From positions 1 through 64,000 of the forward strand of contig JAUFOR010000007.1 in NCBI GenBank assembly GCA_040285745.1: a stretch of DNA of 64,000 bases, written 5' to 3'. Shown here one piece after another: positions 12,522-21,906 of this stretch; position 1 is the stretch's first letter; the number at the start of each line of letters is the position of its first letter. Position numbers and translations under genes: made by a program. The stretch comes from Barthelona sp. PCE. Taxonomy: Eukaryota. Under the pieces are notes generated by a model. The model did not search any database and was not told the DNA's origin. It saw only the letters and a program-made list of their open reading frames with translations.

Positions 12522-13415
12522 ATGCCAAAGAATCCCAATGAGATTAAGAGCAAAACGAAACGTCATCAAGTGAAAGTTCAGAACAAAGTTCTTAAGAATC
12601 GTGAAAAACATAAGCTTAGGCGAGAAAGAAAGCGTATTGCAGCTGAAACTGGTAAACCCTATGTACCAGAACAGATGCCAGTCACCATTGATGAAAAGAG
12701 AATTGCTGAACTGGATTTCGTCGATAAAACAGATCCTATTGTCCAAACTGAAGAACAATTTGATGAATTCAGTGGTATGTTCAGGGGAGATCGCACTGCA
12801 AAGGTGCTCATCACTTTGAAACAAGATGCTAGCGCAAAGATTAGACCTTTTATAAGGGATTTTATGTTTATGTTCCCCCACGGAGAATTTATTGAACGTG
12901 AGACAAAGACTGTTGAGGAGTTGCAAAATTATGCAATTGAAAACGATTTTACAGGCATTCTTATCTTCAATGATAAAGATCATGAAATTGTTGGGCTCAT
13001 GCACATTCATCTTCCTTATGGACCAACAGCTTATTACAGAATGAGTTCATGCGTGTGCCGCAAGAACATTAGGAATTGTGGCAAGCCACTAACATTTCCT
13101 CCTGAGATATCCGTTAAGAATTTTTCGACTCGTCTTGGTGTTCGAGTTGGACGTATGTTAAGGACATTGTTTCCCAATGCTGAGCGTAGGGATGCTAGAC
13201 AGATTGTAATGGTTAAGAATCAACGTGATTACATGTTTTTTAGATTTCACAGATACATATTCAATACCAAAGAAGATGTTCGCATTCAAGAATTAGGACC
13301 GCAATTCACTCTAAAATTAAGATGGATAAGCGATGGTTTATTCACTCCATTCAAGGTTTATGAGTGGAAATACAGAAAGGACAATTACACTGATCGTAAG
13401 AGATTTTTCCTATAG
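12522..13415 (+). CDS. RPF1: Brix-domain ribosome biogenesis protein RPF1
   Basis: HLPYGPTAYY, NFSTRLGVRVGRMLRTLFP, NQRDYMFFRFHRY, ELGPQFTLKL and C-terminal RKRFFL. Start set at MPKNPN. Confidence 0.9.
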   Translation: MPKNPNEIKSKTKRHQVKVQNKVLKNREKHKLRRERKRIAAETGKPYVPEQMPVTIDEKRIAELDFVDKTDPIVQTEEQFDEFSGMFRGDRTAKVLITLKQDASAKIRPFIRDFMFMFPHGEFIERETKTVEELQNYAIENDFTGILIFNDKDHEIVGLMHIHLPYGPTAYYRMSSCVCRKNIRNCGKPLTFPPEISVKNFSTRLGVRVGRMLRTLFPNAERRDARQIVMVKNQRDYMFFRFHRYIFNTKEDVRIQELGPQFTLKLRWISDGLFTPFKVYEWKYRKDNYTDRKRFFL

Positions 13416-13416
13416 A

Positions 13417-16356
13417 TTATTTGATCTTTGTTTTATCCATAACATCTTGGTAACTTGCTAAATTTAGCTGATTGTGGCATAATTCGCACTTTTCAAAACC
13501 AGTGCTTGAAATAAAACTAGCACCACAACTCTCACAAAGTAAGCTAGTGTCTGAATTTGGTAAATGTAACAAAGTTCGATGACAAAGCAACAACATTGAA
13601 TCACACCGGTTACATTTTAGTGTATTCATCGATATCTCACCCTGACGACAATGAGGACATATACACTGTCTTCCACTAATCATCTTGCTTTTCTGTAAAG
13701 CCTTACCCGCCCCACTTAGTCCGATTTCAATCAGGAATGCACCTGCTTCGTAACAAGCAGAGCGGTAATGACTCTTGAGCAAATTAAGGGAAGGGACGAA
13801 CAATGCAGCCTTCACACGCATTGCCGATTCAGCACGTTCATTGCTGATTAACATTCGAACTTTACCGTACATTGCATACGATCGAAGCTGTGACATCTCA
13901 TCAAAAGAATGTTCTGTTTCTTTAAGTTTCCTTAGTGCAACAACACTCATTTCCCTCCAGTTTCCGTCTATAAACAATGGTTTGATCTCTTGTAAAACGT
14001 CATTACGACTCTTCAGAGAAATTCTCAACTTCGGTGTTCCTCCAGTGTTGGAACTACCCCACAGCTCAGGATCAAAGTCTCTCTTCCTCTTGAACAGATT
14101 ATTTTTGGGGGATGGTGATGGCGATGATACTTCAACATCAGGAGATTGGATATCAAGTGTAGCTACGCTGTTAATAGGTTCAGGAACAGGTGAGATTTCC
14201 TCCTTTGGTGAAGATTTCTTCTTTCCACGTAATTTGCGATAACAGGGCATTGAATCCAGGTTTGTCATCCAAACATCTGTTGAAGTCATGGTACCAATAC
14301 GATGGGCCAATGGAGGTAATGGATCATCCTCTGAAGCATCAATGGAACGTGAAAATGGTTGCAAAACTAATGTATCATTTATACATGACAGTAGAGTACG
14401 GGTGGCACCGACAGCAGCCATAATACCAATCAACACAAGCTTGTTTTCAGGACTCATGTCAGTGAGAGACACTGGCATTCCTTTAGCAGCCTCAGCCAGC
14501 TTACGAATTGCTTCATCATTAACAGTAATGAGATCAACGTACCGTAAAATCCAAAACTTATTGTTTAACACACATGAGAAGAAGAAACGTTCCGGGAAAT
14601 CGATGGGGAAACATGCAATTGAGTCATCCTGAATAAAATTCAAAGAAGGACATGCTGTATAAATAGGCAATGTTGAAGTACTGTTGAAAAAAAGAAAATT
14701 ATCGTGAATAGATCCTTTAAGTGCTGGAGCAAGGAACATTTTAGAACGGAATGATTCAAAAGAAAGAAGAGGATCCGTTTTAAAACAGCCTTCACTCCAA
14801 TCTGCAAATCCCCATCCACAGAAAAGCTCAACCAAAACCATTGAGGTTTCAGGCACATGATGAACACTACGAATAGGAACAGGAAACTCAACACTGAAAC
14901 CTTGGTTTCCTGCCTCCTTCTCATCAAATATCCACAAAGTATTCACATCTGTCAGCAATACACAGTCATTGAGACCAATCATTCCATTTGGCGAAAAATC
15001 TAAACGCTTCTCAACACCGCTGAGGAACACTAACCGATCAGACAATATATATTGACCTGAATAATGAGTACATGTTCCCACACCACTAACAGGCGAACTT
15101 TCCGCCTCTTTTTTATCATTGAGATGAAGAGTCACCGAATGCGCTACGTTTTGCTTCACAAAAACAATTTGTTCATTAGATATTGATGCATGAGAGCAAG
15201 GTGAAGAAAATATCACCTCTCCATTGAATATCACCTCCAAATTATATGTATCCTTTTCAACTAACTGCAGCAAGACGAATATTCCAGGTTCAAACTCCCA
15301 TGCCTGAACGATGGGATAAGTAGCGGTTAGAACTTCGGTGGATACAAAATCGTTGATCTTAAGAAGCTTATTGTAATCAGAGACGATATATTCTGAGACC
15401 AAGGGTTGTTTTGGACGAATGAACTCTTTAGTGTGACAAATTCTCTGAAATAAGACATGTGACAAAACCACACACTCTTTCTTATTGTAAAACGCAACAA
15501 CACCTTGATCGTTACACACAGTAACCACCTTGGGGGTGAACCTGTCTGGGAACTGAACTTCATCAATAATTTGAAAAGTAAGCTTATCAAGCAGCAACAC
15601 AAAATTTTTGTAAACTACAATAACTATCCCATTAATGTGCTCAACGAACAATATATTCCACGGAATCGTGATACTTACGCTGTTAGTGTCATACTCCCCA
15701 TCTACTCCAATTTTTAGCAGCGTACTCTCACCTTCCTTAAGAGATAATATACCATTATCAGACTTTATGGCAAATAAGCTATTCAAACTGTCCAGCTTAT
15801 CACATGCTTCACAAGTGTTGATGTTGAATACTCTTCGAGGACTTCCATCGTAAACTGTCACCAAATGATTCTTCAACAAGTACAACCCATCAACCTTCTT
15901 TCCTCCTGATGGAATGATCACACGCTCGTTTGTAGAGATGTAGTAAATAAAAAGGGACTTCGTGTTGTCCAAACAACGACCAAATACAATATCAATTCCA
16001 TTCATATTAACAAAATCCAATTTAAAATCAACCATTGAGTATCTCTGTACTCTGTCGGGTGCTGCCTCGGTGTATACGAAGAGCATACCGTTGGAAAATA
16101 CAACAAGAAGTTCAAAAAGTGCCTCAACCTTTGATGGACGAGCTGAAATGTAAATAGGATCCATATCTTGAGGTAGTTGCAATGTGGGAAGTGTGGATAT
16201 CCTGGGATCGTTGTATATAGGTACAAATACAACCTCATGGGAATACAGACATGCTAAAATTGGAGCATGACTTAGCAACGTAATACATTTGCTATTATTT
16301 GTGATATCAACGATACCAGATATCGAGTGCAGAAATGGTGCCCTCTTGATGACCAT
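13417..16356 (-). CDS. Protocoatomer-type protein (divergent beta-propellers, alpha-COP-C-like helical domain, C-terminal Zn fingers); TSET subunit TTRAY1/TWD40-1-like
   Basis: Beta-rich N-terminal ~600 aa; Pro/Ser linker ending KLRISLK; helical motif FVPSLNLLKSHYRSA; Cys pairs CPHC..CNRC..CHRTL..CESC..CELC. Start set at MVIKRA so it does not overlap the divergent ArfGAP. Confidence 0.55.
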   Translation of the reverse strand: MVIKRAPFLHSISGIVDITNNSKCITLLSHAPILACLYSHEVVFVPIYNDPRISTLPTLQLPQDMDPIYISARPSKVEALFELLVVFSNGMLFVYTEAAPDRVQRYSMVDFKLDFVNMNGIDIVFGRCLDNTKSLFIYYISTNERVIIPSGGKKVDGLYLLKNHLVTVYDGSPRRVFNINTCEACDKLDSLNSLFAIKSDNGILSLKEGESTLLKIGVDGEYDTNSVSITIPWNILFVEHINGIVIVVYKNFVLLLDKLTFQIIDEVQFPDRFTPKVVTVCNDQGVVAFYNKKECVVLSHVLFQRICHTKEFIRPKQPLVSEYIVSDYNKLLKINDFVSTEVLTATYPIVQAWEFEPGIFVLLQLVEKDTYNLEVIFNGEVIFSSPCSHASISNEQIVFVKQNVAHSVTLHLNDKKEAESSPVSGVGTCTHYSGQYILSDRLVFLSGVEKRLDFSPNGMIGLNDCVLLTDVNTLWIFDEKEAGNQGFSVEFPVPIRSVHHVPETSMVLVELFCGWGFADWSEGCFKTDPLLSFESFRSKMFLAPALKGSIHDNFLFFNSTSTLPIYTACPSLNFIQDDSIACFPIDFPERFFFSCVLNNKFWILRYVDLITVNDEAIRKLAEAAKGMPVSLTDMSPENKLVLIGIMAAVGATRTLLSCINDTLVLQPFSRSIDASEDDPLPPLAHRIGTMTSTDVWMTNLDSMPCYRKLRGKKKSSPKEEISPVPEPINSVATLDIQSPDVEVSSPSPSPKNNLFKRKRDFDPELWGSSNTGGTPKLRISLKSRNDVLQEIKPLFIDGNWREMSVVALRKLKETEHSFDEMSQLRSYAMYGKVRMLISNERAESAMRVKAALFVPSLNLLKSHYRSACYEAGAFLIEIGLSGAGKALQKSKMISGRQCICPHCRQGEISMNTLKCNRCDSMLLLCHRTLLHLPNSDTSLLCESCGASFISSTGFEKCELCHNQLNLASYQDVMDKTKIK

Positions 16357-16419
16357 GTTAACGCAGTATAAACTTGAAAACGCATTTATCTTCCATCTCT
16401 TCACTTTCTTCCGTGTAAT

Positions 16420-17547
16420 ATGTTTGGGAGGAATTCTGGGCATCAATTGAAGCAAGAAATCAAACAGTTAAACCGTGAACCGGGTAACAAACGCTGTGCT
16501 GATTGTAACAGTCTTGGAGCTAACAATATCGTTGTAGATTTTGGTATTTTCGTATGTCCTTCGTGTGCTGGTATGCATAGAGATATGAATTTTGGAGTCA
16601 AAAGCTTATCTGCAGCTGTATTTACCAGAGATGATGTTAAGAAGGTTAAACAGTGTGGAAATGAAATGAGCAATAGCAAATTCCTTGCGGACATATCTGA
16701 ATCTATTCCTGATAAAAAGAACACTTCAGCATTCCGAAACTTTTTGCGAGAGAAGTATGTTAATAAGAAGTTTCTCTTCGACAATCATGGTGTTTTTGGT
16801 AACCAGAAGGAGGAAGCAGCAGTTAGCGCTACTGCTGCTGTTGAATCATCAAAAACAGAGACTACAGAGGCATTTAGCTGGGGAAATGCAGAAACACAAC
16901 CGCAAAATAATATGTTTTTGTTTGAAGAACACAAAAAGAAAGAAGAGTTCCTCCCGGAAGTACAACAACATACAAATGAGACAGAAAACTTCTTTTTTGA
17001 TGCTGAAGAACCCGTCTCAAAACCTACAGTTGCACAACAACCATTTTTTGAGGAAAAGAAACCTGCTTCTTCCAACGACGATATGTTTTCTTTCTTTTCT
17101 AACACACCAACAACTGTAATCAAAGAACCAACACCCAATAATGAACCCCAACCCACTAGCATAACAAAGACAGATGTTTCATTTTTTGAAATTGGACCTA
17201 AAAAGGTGGATAGTCAGCCAACCAAAGCAGAAACAAATTCTAATTCAAAAGATTTATTTTCTCTTCTTAACTTTGAAGAACAACCTAAAGTAACTGAGAA
17301 AAAGCCTGCTGCTGCTATGCTGGACTTCAGTTCTATTCAAGATAAACCTAAAGGTACTTCTTTTAGTGATTTAATTGGGAATATTCATGAATCAACTACG
17401 AAACGCTCCAAACCTGTATTTGGAACAGCTGTTAGTGGGACAAAACAATCTTCCAATCCATTCATGGACAATACATCTGAACCTGCACAACAACAGAATG
17501 CCACCCGGAAGAAAAATGCTAGTTTTGCTCATTTATTTGAGTTTTAA
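16420..17547 (+). CDS. ArfGAP-domain protein (AGFG/SMAP-like) with disordered adaptor-binding tail
   Basis: GNKRCADC-x16-CPSCAGMHR Zn finger with the catalytic Arg; VKSLS, GNE, FLREKY. The tail has FF, DLF, DMF and one NPF motif. Confidence 0.9.
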   Translation: MFGRNSGHQLKQEIKQLNREPGNKRCADCNSLGANNIVVDFGIFVCPSCAGMHRDMNFGVKSLSAAVFTRDDVKKVKQCGNEMSNSKFLADISESIPDKKNTSAFRNFLREKYVNKKFLFDNHGVFGNQKEEAAVSATAAVESSKTETTEAFSWGNAETQPQNNMFLFEEHKKKEEFLPEVQQHTNETENFFFDAEEPVSKPTVAQQPFFEEKKPASSNDDMFSFFSNTPTTVIKEPTPNNEPQPTSITKTDVSFFEIGPKKVDSQPTKAETNSNSKDLFSLLNFEEQPKVTEKKPAAAMLDFSSIQDKPKGTSFSDLIGNIHESTTKRSKPVFGTAVSGTKQSSNPFMDNTSEPAQQQNATRKKNASFAHLFEF

Positions 17548-17644
17548 ATATCAAACGTGTTCTTAGAGGGTTATTGAGTACTAGGTAATGTAAATATTAC
17601 GAGAAAATAGTGTTTCCACTTTTTTTTTTTTAATTCACGTGATT

Positions 17645-18763
17645 ATGGATTCCTTTGACGTTCTAAAACGTTGCATAAAACCACAAATTCTCGAAACGCT
17701 GGTTACACTGTCTAAAACTCTCAAATTCCCAGAACTGGCAGAAAGTATTCCAGTTCTAGCCGATATGAACCATACATTACTCCAATATCCAGCCACAACA
17801 CTCGAATGCCCGTCATACCTACTGCATTGTGCGAACATAACGGATGAATCAATTTTTGCACCACAAGCAATCATTCTTTGTCCAACAAGAGAAGTTGTGG
17901 TTGCTTTATCAGAATACAGTGAACAATTACTGGAGAAAACTTCCATTTTCACTGCAGGTTTTTGGGGAGGAACCAGTCTTGATGCAGATTTCAAAAAAAT
18001 TGCTCGAAATCCACAAATACTGATTGGTGCACCTGGAAGACTTATGCATATATTAAACGACTCCAAAATACCACTTTCCAATGTGAAAACAATAGTATTT
18101 GTCAATGCACATGGACTTCTAACGTCTGGTTTCAGCAACCATGTTTCTAACATTACCAATTTACTTCCTTCTAACGTACAAACTGTGTTTTCGGCGGTCA
18201 CGGTTGATACACACTTACAAAGAATCATAAACAGAATTGCACCAGATATTGTACGTATTTCTCAACCCCTTTCAGTTTTGTATGATAATATTGAACATTC
18301 TATGATCATCACACCGGAGAAATCTGAAGCAGCAATGAGAGATATGGTTTTAACCATTTTATCCAATGTATTATATACTCAATGTGTGATTTTTCCTCCA
18401 AACAAAGAAATAGAAGAATATGCACAATTTTTATCCTCAAATGGTATCCATTGTGCCGTTATGACAGGTGGATTACCTCAAGCAGAACGTGAACACCAAC
18501 TGAAATCTTTTAGAAACGGTAATTTGCGTGTTCTTGTTGGCTCAGGTGTTATTGAAGGTAATGTAATTCTGAGAAACATAGATTTAATCATAAATGTTGC
18601 CCCCATTTCGTCTCCACAATACGCTGCACATTGTACGTTGCTTAACATTACACGTGGAAAGCCAAGGTGTGTAACCATTTCAGGAAAAAGTTTTAACCTA
18701 CCACGGGTTCGAATTGGTAGAATTGACGTTGAAAATTTGGAAATACTTAACATTATAGATTAA
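17645..18763 (+). CDS. Degenerate DEAD-box helicase-like protein (probable pseudo-helicase; eIF4A/DDX20-like size and layout)
   Basis: Retains QAIILCPTRE (Ia), GG, GAPGRL (Ib), FSA, QCVIF and GGLPQAER..FRNG..RVLV. Walker A is absent, DEAD reads VNAH, and motif VI is degenerate. Confidence 0.75.
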   Translation: MDSFDVLKRCIKPQILETLVTLSKTLKFPELAESIPVLADMNHTLLQYPATTLECPSYLLHCANITDESIFAPQAIILCPTREVVVALSEYSEQLLEKTSIFTAGFWGGTSLDADFKKIARNPQILIGAPGRLMHILNDSKIPLSNVKTIVFVNAHGLLTSGFSNHVSNITNLLPSNVQTVFSAVTVDTHLQRIINRIAPDIVRISQPLSVLYDNIEHSMIITPEKSEAAMRDMVLTILSNVLYTQCVIFPPNKEIEEYAQFLSSNGIHCAVMTGGLPQAEREHQLKSFRNGNLRVLVGSGVIEGNVILRNIDLIINVAPISSPQYAAHCTLLNITRGKPRCVTISGKSFNLPRVRIGRIDVENLEILNIID

Positions 18764-19671
18764 ATTTCCTCTTCACTATCATCCTCCAGTGGAGCTCTCA
18801 ACACAACCGTTTCCTCTTCTTCTTCTTCTTCGTTTTCTGCATTAGCTTCTTCAACGGTGAGTAACCCAGAAGGTGCTTCTTGTGGCCAAATAAGTAGCTC
18901 AACATCAAACCCGATAGCTGAGTCTTTCGTCTGAGACACGTAACGTAATCCCATCAATCCTCTTTCATCGATGCGAATGGTGCACTCATCAATCTTTTTG
19001 GGGAGTGGAACACGCTGAGCCCCTTGTAATATATGGGGGTATCTTATCTCAAACGGACTATATATATTTAACATTGTAACACACGTTGATTGCGGTGATA
19101 TAACGGTTTTAGTCTTAAGTGCGACTCCTAAATTTTCAATAATCAATTCAGTGGCTTGTTGATTGCTTCTTAATAAAAAACATGTTCCTGGAAGATTGAA
19201 AAAAAACGATGGGTGGACACTACATCTCATATGGAACACAAGGTTCTGTAGTTGATCATATGGAATGCTGTCTTCCTGTTGTAATAGGCAAATTTCGTAT
19301 TCATAGAGTGGAGTCCTATTTATGAGAACTGAAAGACTTAAAACATCTATTGAACTCTCTTTTAACGCAATGACAAACTCATAGTGGCTTTCGTATGCGA
19401 GTGCATTTACCAAACTATTTAAAATAGTTAACAACTGCCTGGCTTTTACGCAAATAACAACAGGCATTGCTGATTCTAATGTATAATGTGTAAAAGTGGA
19501 ACTAGGAAGCACGACATATGAATTACTACTGCCAAACTTTGTGTGAAAAATAAGCTGCTCACTATTAACCTCAATTGTTAATAAAGCCTGTTTTGATGCA
19601 CCCCGACCAGCTGAGAGTTGCACCACGTCCATAAAGGTGCGTGCTGAATCAAGAACTAAGTGAAATACCAT
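18760..19671 (-). CDS. RAD1: PCNA-fold 9-1-1 checkpoint clamp subunit, Rad1-like
   Basis: ~300 aa. N-terminal LVLDSARTF, then LPSSTFTHY..ICVKARQLLTIL; C-terminal IRIDERGLMGLRY..VELLIWPQE plus acidic tail. This resembles the recalled Rad1 pattern IRTDxRGFLSLQY..VEYYCCPD. Confidence 0.6.
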   Translation of the reverse strand: MVFHLVLDSARTFMDVVQLSAGRGASKQALLTIEVNSEQLIFHTKFGSSNSYVVLPSSTFTHYTLESAMPVVICVKARQLLTILNSLVNALAYESHYEFVIALKESSIDVLSLSVLINRTPLYEYEICLLQQEDSIPYDQLQNLVFHMRCSVHPSFFFNLPGTCFLLRSNQQATELIIENLGVALKTKTVISPQSTCVTMLNIYSPFEIRYPHILQGAQRVPLPKKIDECTIRIDERGLMGLRYVSQTKDSAIGFDVELLIWPQEAPSGLLTVEEANAENEEEEEEETVVLRAPLEDDSEEEI

Positions 19672-19744
19672 AAAAAAAGCCTATAATGATTGAAAGCAGT
19701 AAGATAAGGTAAAACGAAACGTATATTGTTAACCATCCTTTTTC

Positions 19745-20569
19745 ATGCCAAGAAGTGCAGTAGGGAAGAGAACAGGGCTTCCAGTTTCCCCAAAATCTCG
19801 CAGATCAGGAAAGCGACCTTCTTCATCAACTAAAAGTCGGCGCCATTCGAAACAAGGGGTTACAAGTCTCAAAAATTCGACTAAGGGCATTGCCAAGCGT
19901 AAGGTAAGACAGAATTTAAACGAACTTATGAACTCTGAAGATTTCGAGGAAGCAATTTCTAGTCTTGCTCCATTATCACAGAATACAGGGTCAGAGGCGT
20001 ATGAAACAAGCCAGAGTCTCAGTTCTTTGTGTGATTTACTTGCAAATCAGAAGAGCGCGAGTGATAATTTGTTGAAGGCACTTCGCGCTTCCAGTCAACG
20101 AACTAAAGATACCAAAAGCAAATTAAAGAACATAACCGTGACTCTAAACCGACTTAAAGAGCATTATGACCATGGTAGTATCAACATTGAGAATCACGAT
20201 AATTGGGATACAGTAAGTGTTTTTTCTGTTAATAGTACAGTACCATTAACAACACTGGAGAATCTAGAAGAGAAACTTAAAGTAGGTGGTTTGGATGAAG
20301 ATCGTAAACAACGAGACAAAATTAAGCAAGAGCGTAGCATGGCGAAGATGGAAAAAATGTTGCAAGAGAGAGATTTAATAATTGAAGACCTTCAGAACAC
20401 AATGAAGGACCAACAAGTTAAACATCACAACAATCTTAAAACAGCATTAAATCAATTAAAAAGTCTTGCTGGAAGAATTCAAGAACTTGAGAAACTTTTG
20501 AATGAAAAAGATCGAATAATCAAATCGCAACAGGATCAGTTGGATGTGTTGAGTGAAAATAGGAGTTGA
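19745..20569 (+). CDS. Hypothetical protein, basic N-terminus and C-terminal coiled coil
   Basis: 274-aa ATG ORF filling the gap; heptad pattern in the C-terminal half. Confidence 0.7.
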   Translation: MPRSAVGKRTGLPVSPKSRRSGKRPSSSTKSRRHSKQGVTSLKNSTKGIAKRKVRQNLNELMNSEDFEEAISSLAPLSQNTGSEAYETSQSLSSLCDLLANQKSASDNLLKALRASSQRTKDTKSKLKNITVTLNRLKEHYDHGSINIENHDNWDTVSVFSVNSTVPLTTLENLEEKLKVGGLDEDRKQRDKIKQERSMAKMEKMLQERDLIIEDLQNTMKDQQVKHHNNLKTALNQLKSLAGRIQELEKLLNEKDRIIKSQQDQLDVLSENRS

Positions 20570-20839
20570 GAATTGCATGTATATTGGTTTGTGTTTATAG
20601 TATGCTGATTTTAATTAAATGATTGTAAATTATCAGCTTTTAAATGGTGTTTTATTGTTTACGATAGTCTTTTGCAGTTTTAATGCAATGATAAAGTGCA
20701 GGTCTATTTAGTCTACTTATTTGAAAGTTTAGACACGCTACATGTGGTCGCAAACGTTTTTTAATGTCCTTTAAATATAACAGAACTAGGTGAAACAAAA
20801 TAATGTGTGGAAACACACATCTCACCCATTTCTCTCTCA

Positions 20840-21811
20840 ATGACACTACCGGACCCACTCAGCCCCATGGCGTTCCGTTCTTGCTTCACTGAAGATTACT
20901 TAAATTCACCAGACGATGATAGCGATTTATTTCAATTACCTGAGCCACTTTCAGCTCGAATCAGCAATTTTAGTTTGCGATCTCCCATTCTCCCGGTCCC
21001 TATGACCGTTATTGAGCCCGAACTAACTCCAAAAAGGGATATTAGAGCACCCCCTGTCCCTCAAACAACACGTGTTTATCGTAAGTCGAGGAAAAGTGTA
21101 CACGGTACACCCATTGCAACCCAGGTAGACCGTTTAAAGAGATCACTAGAGTTGGAACGCAAACAGAACAAAAAGTTAATGATGCAACTAGATACCGCGG
21201 TTGCTGATCGTGTTCGTGAGTTAGAAGATGCCGTAAAAGACATGGAAAAGACAATCAAAGACCTGAAGAAGGAGAATTTGGGTATGGATCGCACCATTAA
21301 AACACAATCAAACGAATTAATGAAAAATGATGATTTTGATGATTTTATAGAGAAGCAACGCCTTGAAATTGAATACTTAACCAAAACAAACAAAACTTTG
21401 ATGCGTGAACGTAAGGAAAATGCGAGTGAAATGGAGATTTTAAAGGGTGAAAATCGTGCTTATGTCCGAAAAATCGATTTACTTGAACATGAAAATGAAG
21501 ACCTTGCCAAAGAATTGGAGCTCAAGACTCAAGAATATCTAGATGCCGATGAAAAGTTAATCGACTTGGAGAATAAGTTGAACTTCCACATTTCTCATCG
21601 CAAAAAATCTATTGAGCTTATGGATGATGATTTAGTTCAAAAGAACTCTGATTTGCTGTTGAGCCAGCATCTAGAGATCCGAGAATTTGATTCTCCTGTT
21701 GCACAACCTTCACAACCTTCACACCAACAAATTGAAGCACAGAGTGATATTGAACATGAATTCCCTGACATTCAAGTAACATATAGTCCTACTAAGATAC
21801 GCCACATTTAA
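20840..21811 (+). CDS. Hypothetical coiled-coil protein with Ser/Thr-Pro-rich termini
   Basis: Long ORF with a central E/K/L heptad region and many SP/TP sites. First ATG at 20840. Confidence 0.7.
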   Translation: MTLPDPLSPMAFRSCFTEDYLNSPDDDSDLFQLPEPLSARISNFSLRSPILPVPMTVIEPELTPKRDIRAPPVPQTTRVYRKSRKSVHGTPIATQVDRLKRSLELERKQNKKLMMQLDTAVADRVRELEDAVKDMEKTIKDLKKENLGMDRTIKTQSNELMKNDDFDDFIEKQRLEIEYLTKTNKTLMRERKENASEMEILKGENRAYVRKIDLLEHENEDLAKELELKTQEYLDADEKLIDLENKLNFHISHRKKSIELMDDDLVQKNSDLLLSQHLEIREFDSPVAQPSQPSHQQIEAQSDIEHEFPDIQVTYSPTKIRHI

Positions 21812-21906
21812 ATGGTATATGTAAAAAATGAGTTTAATTTGATAAAAGATGCCATTGAGGTTCATTTAGTGTTTATATTCCCTTTCACTTTTATTTTGCA
21901 AAATAG

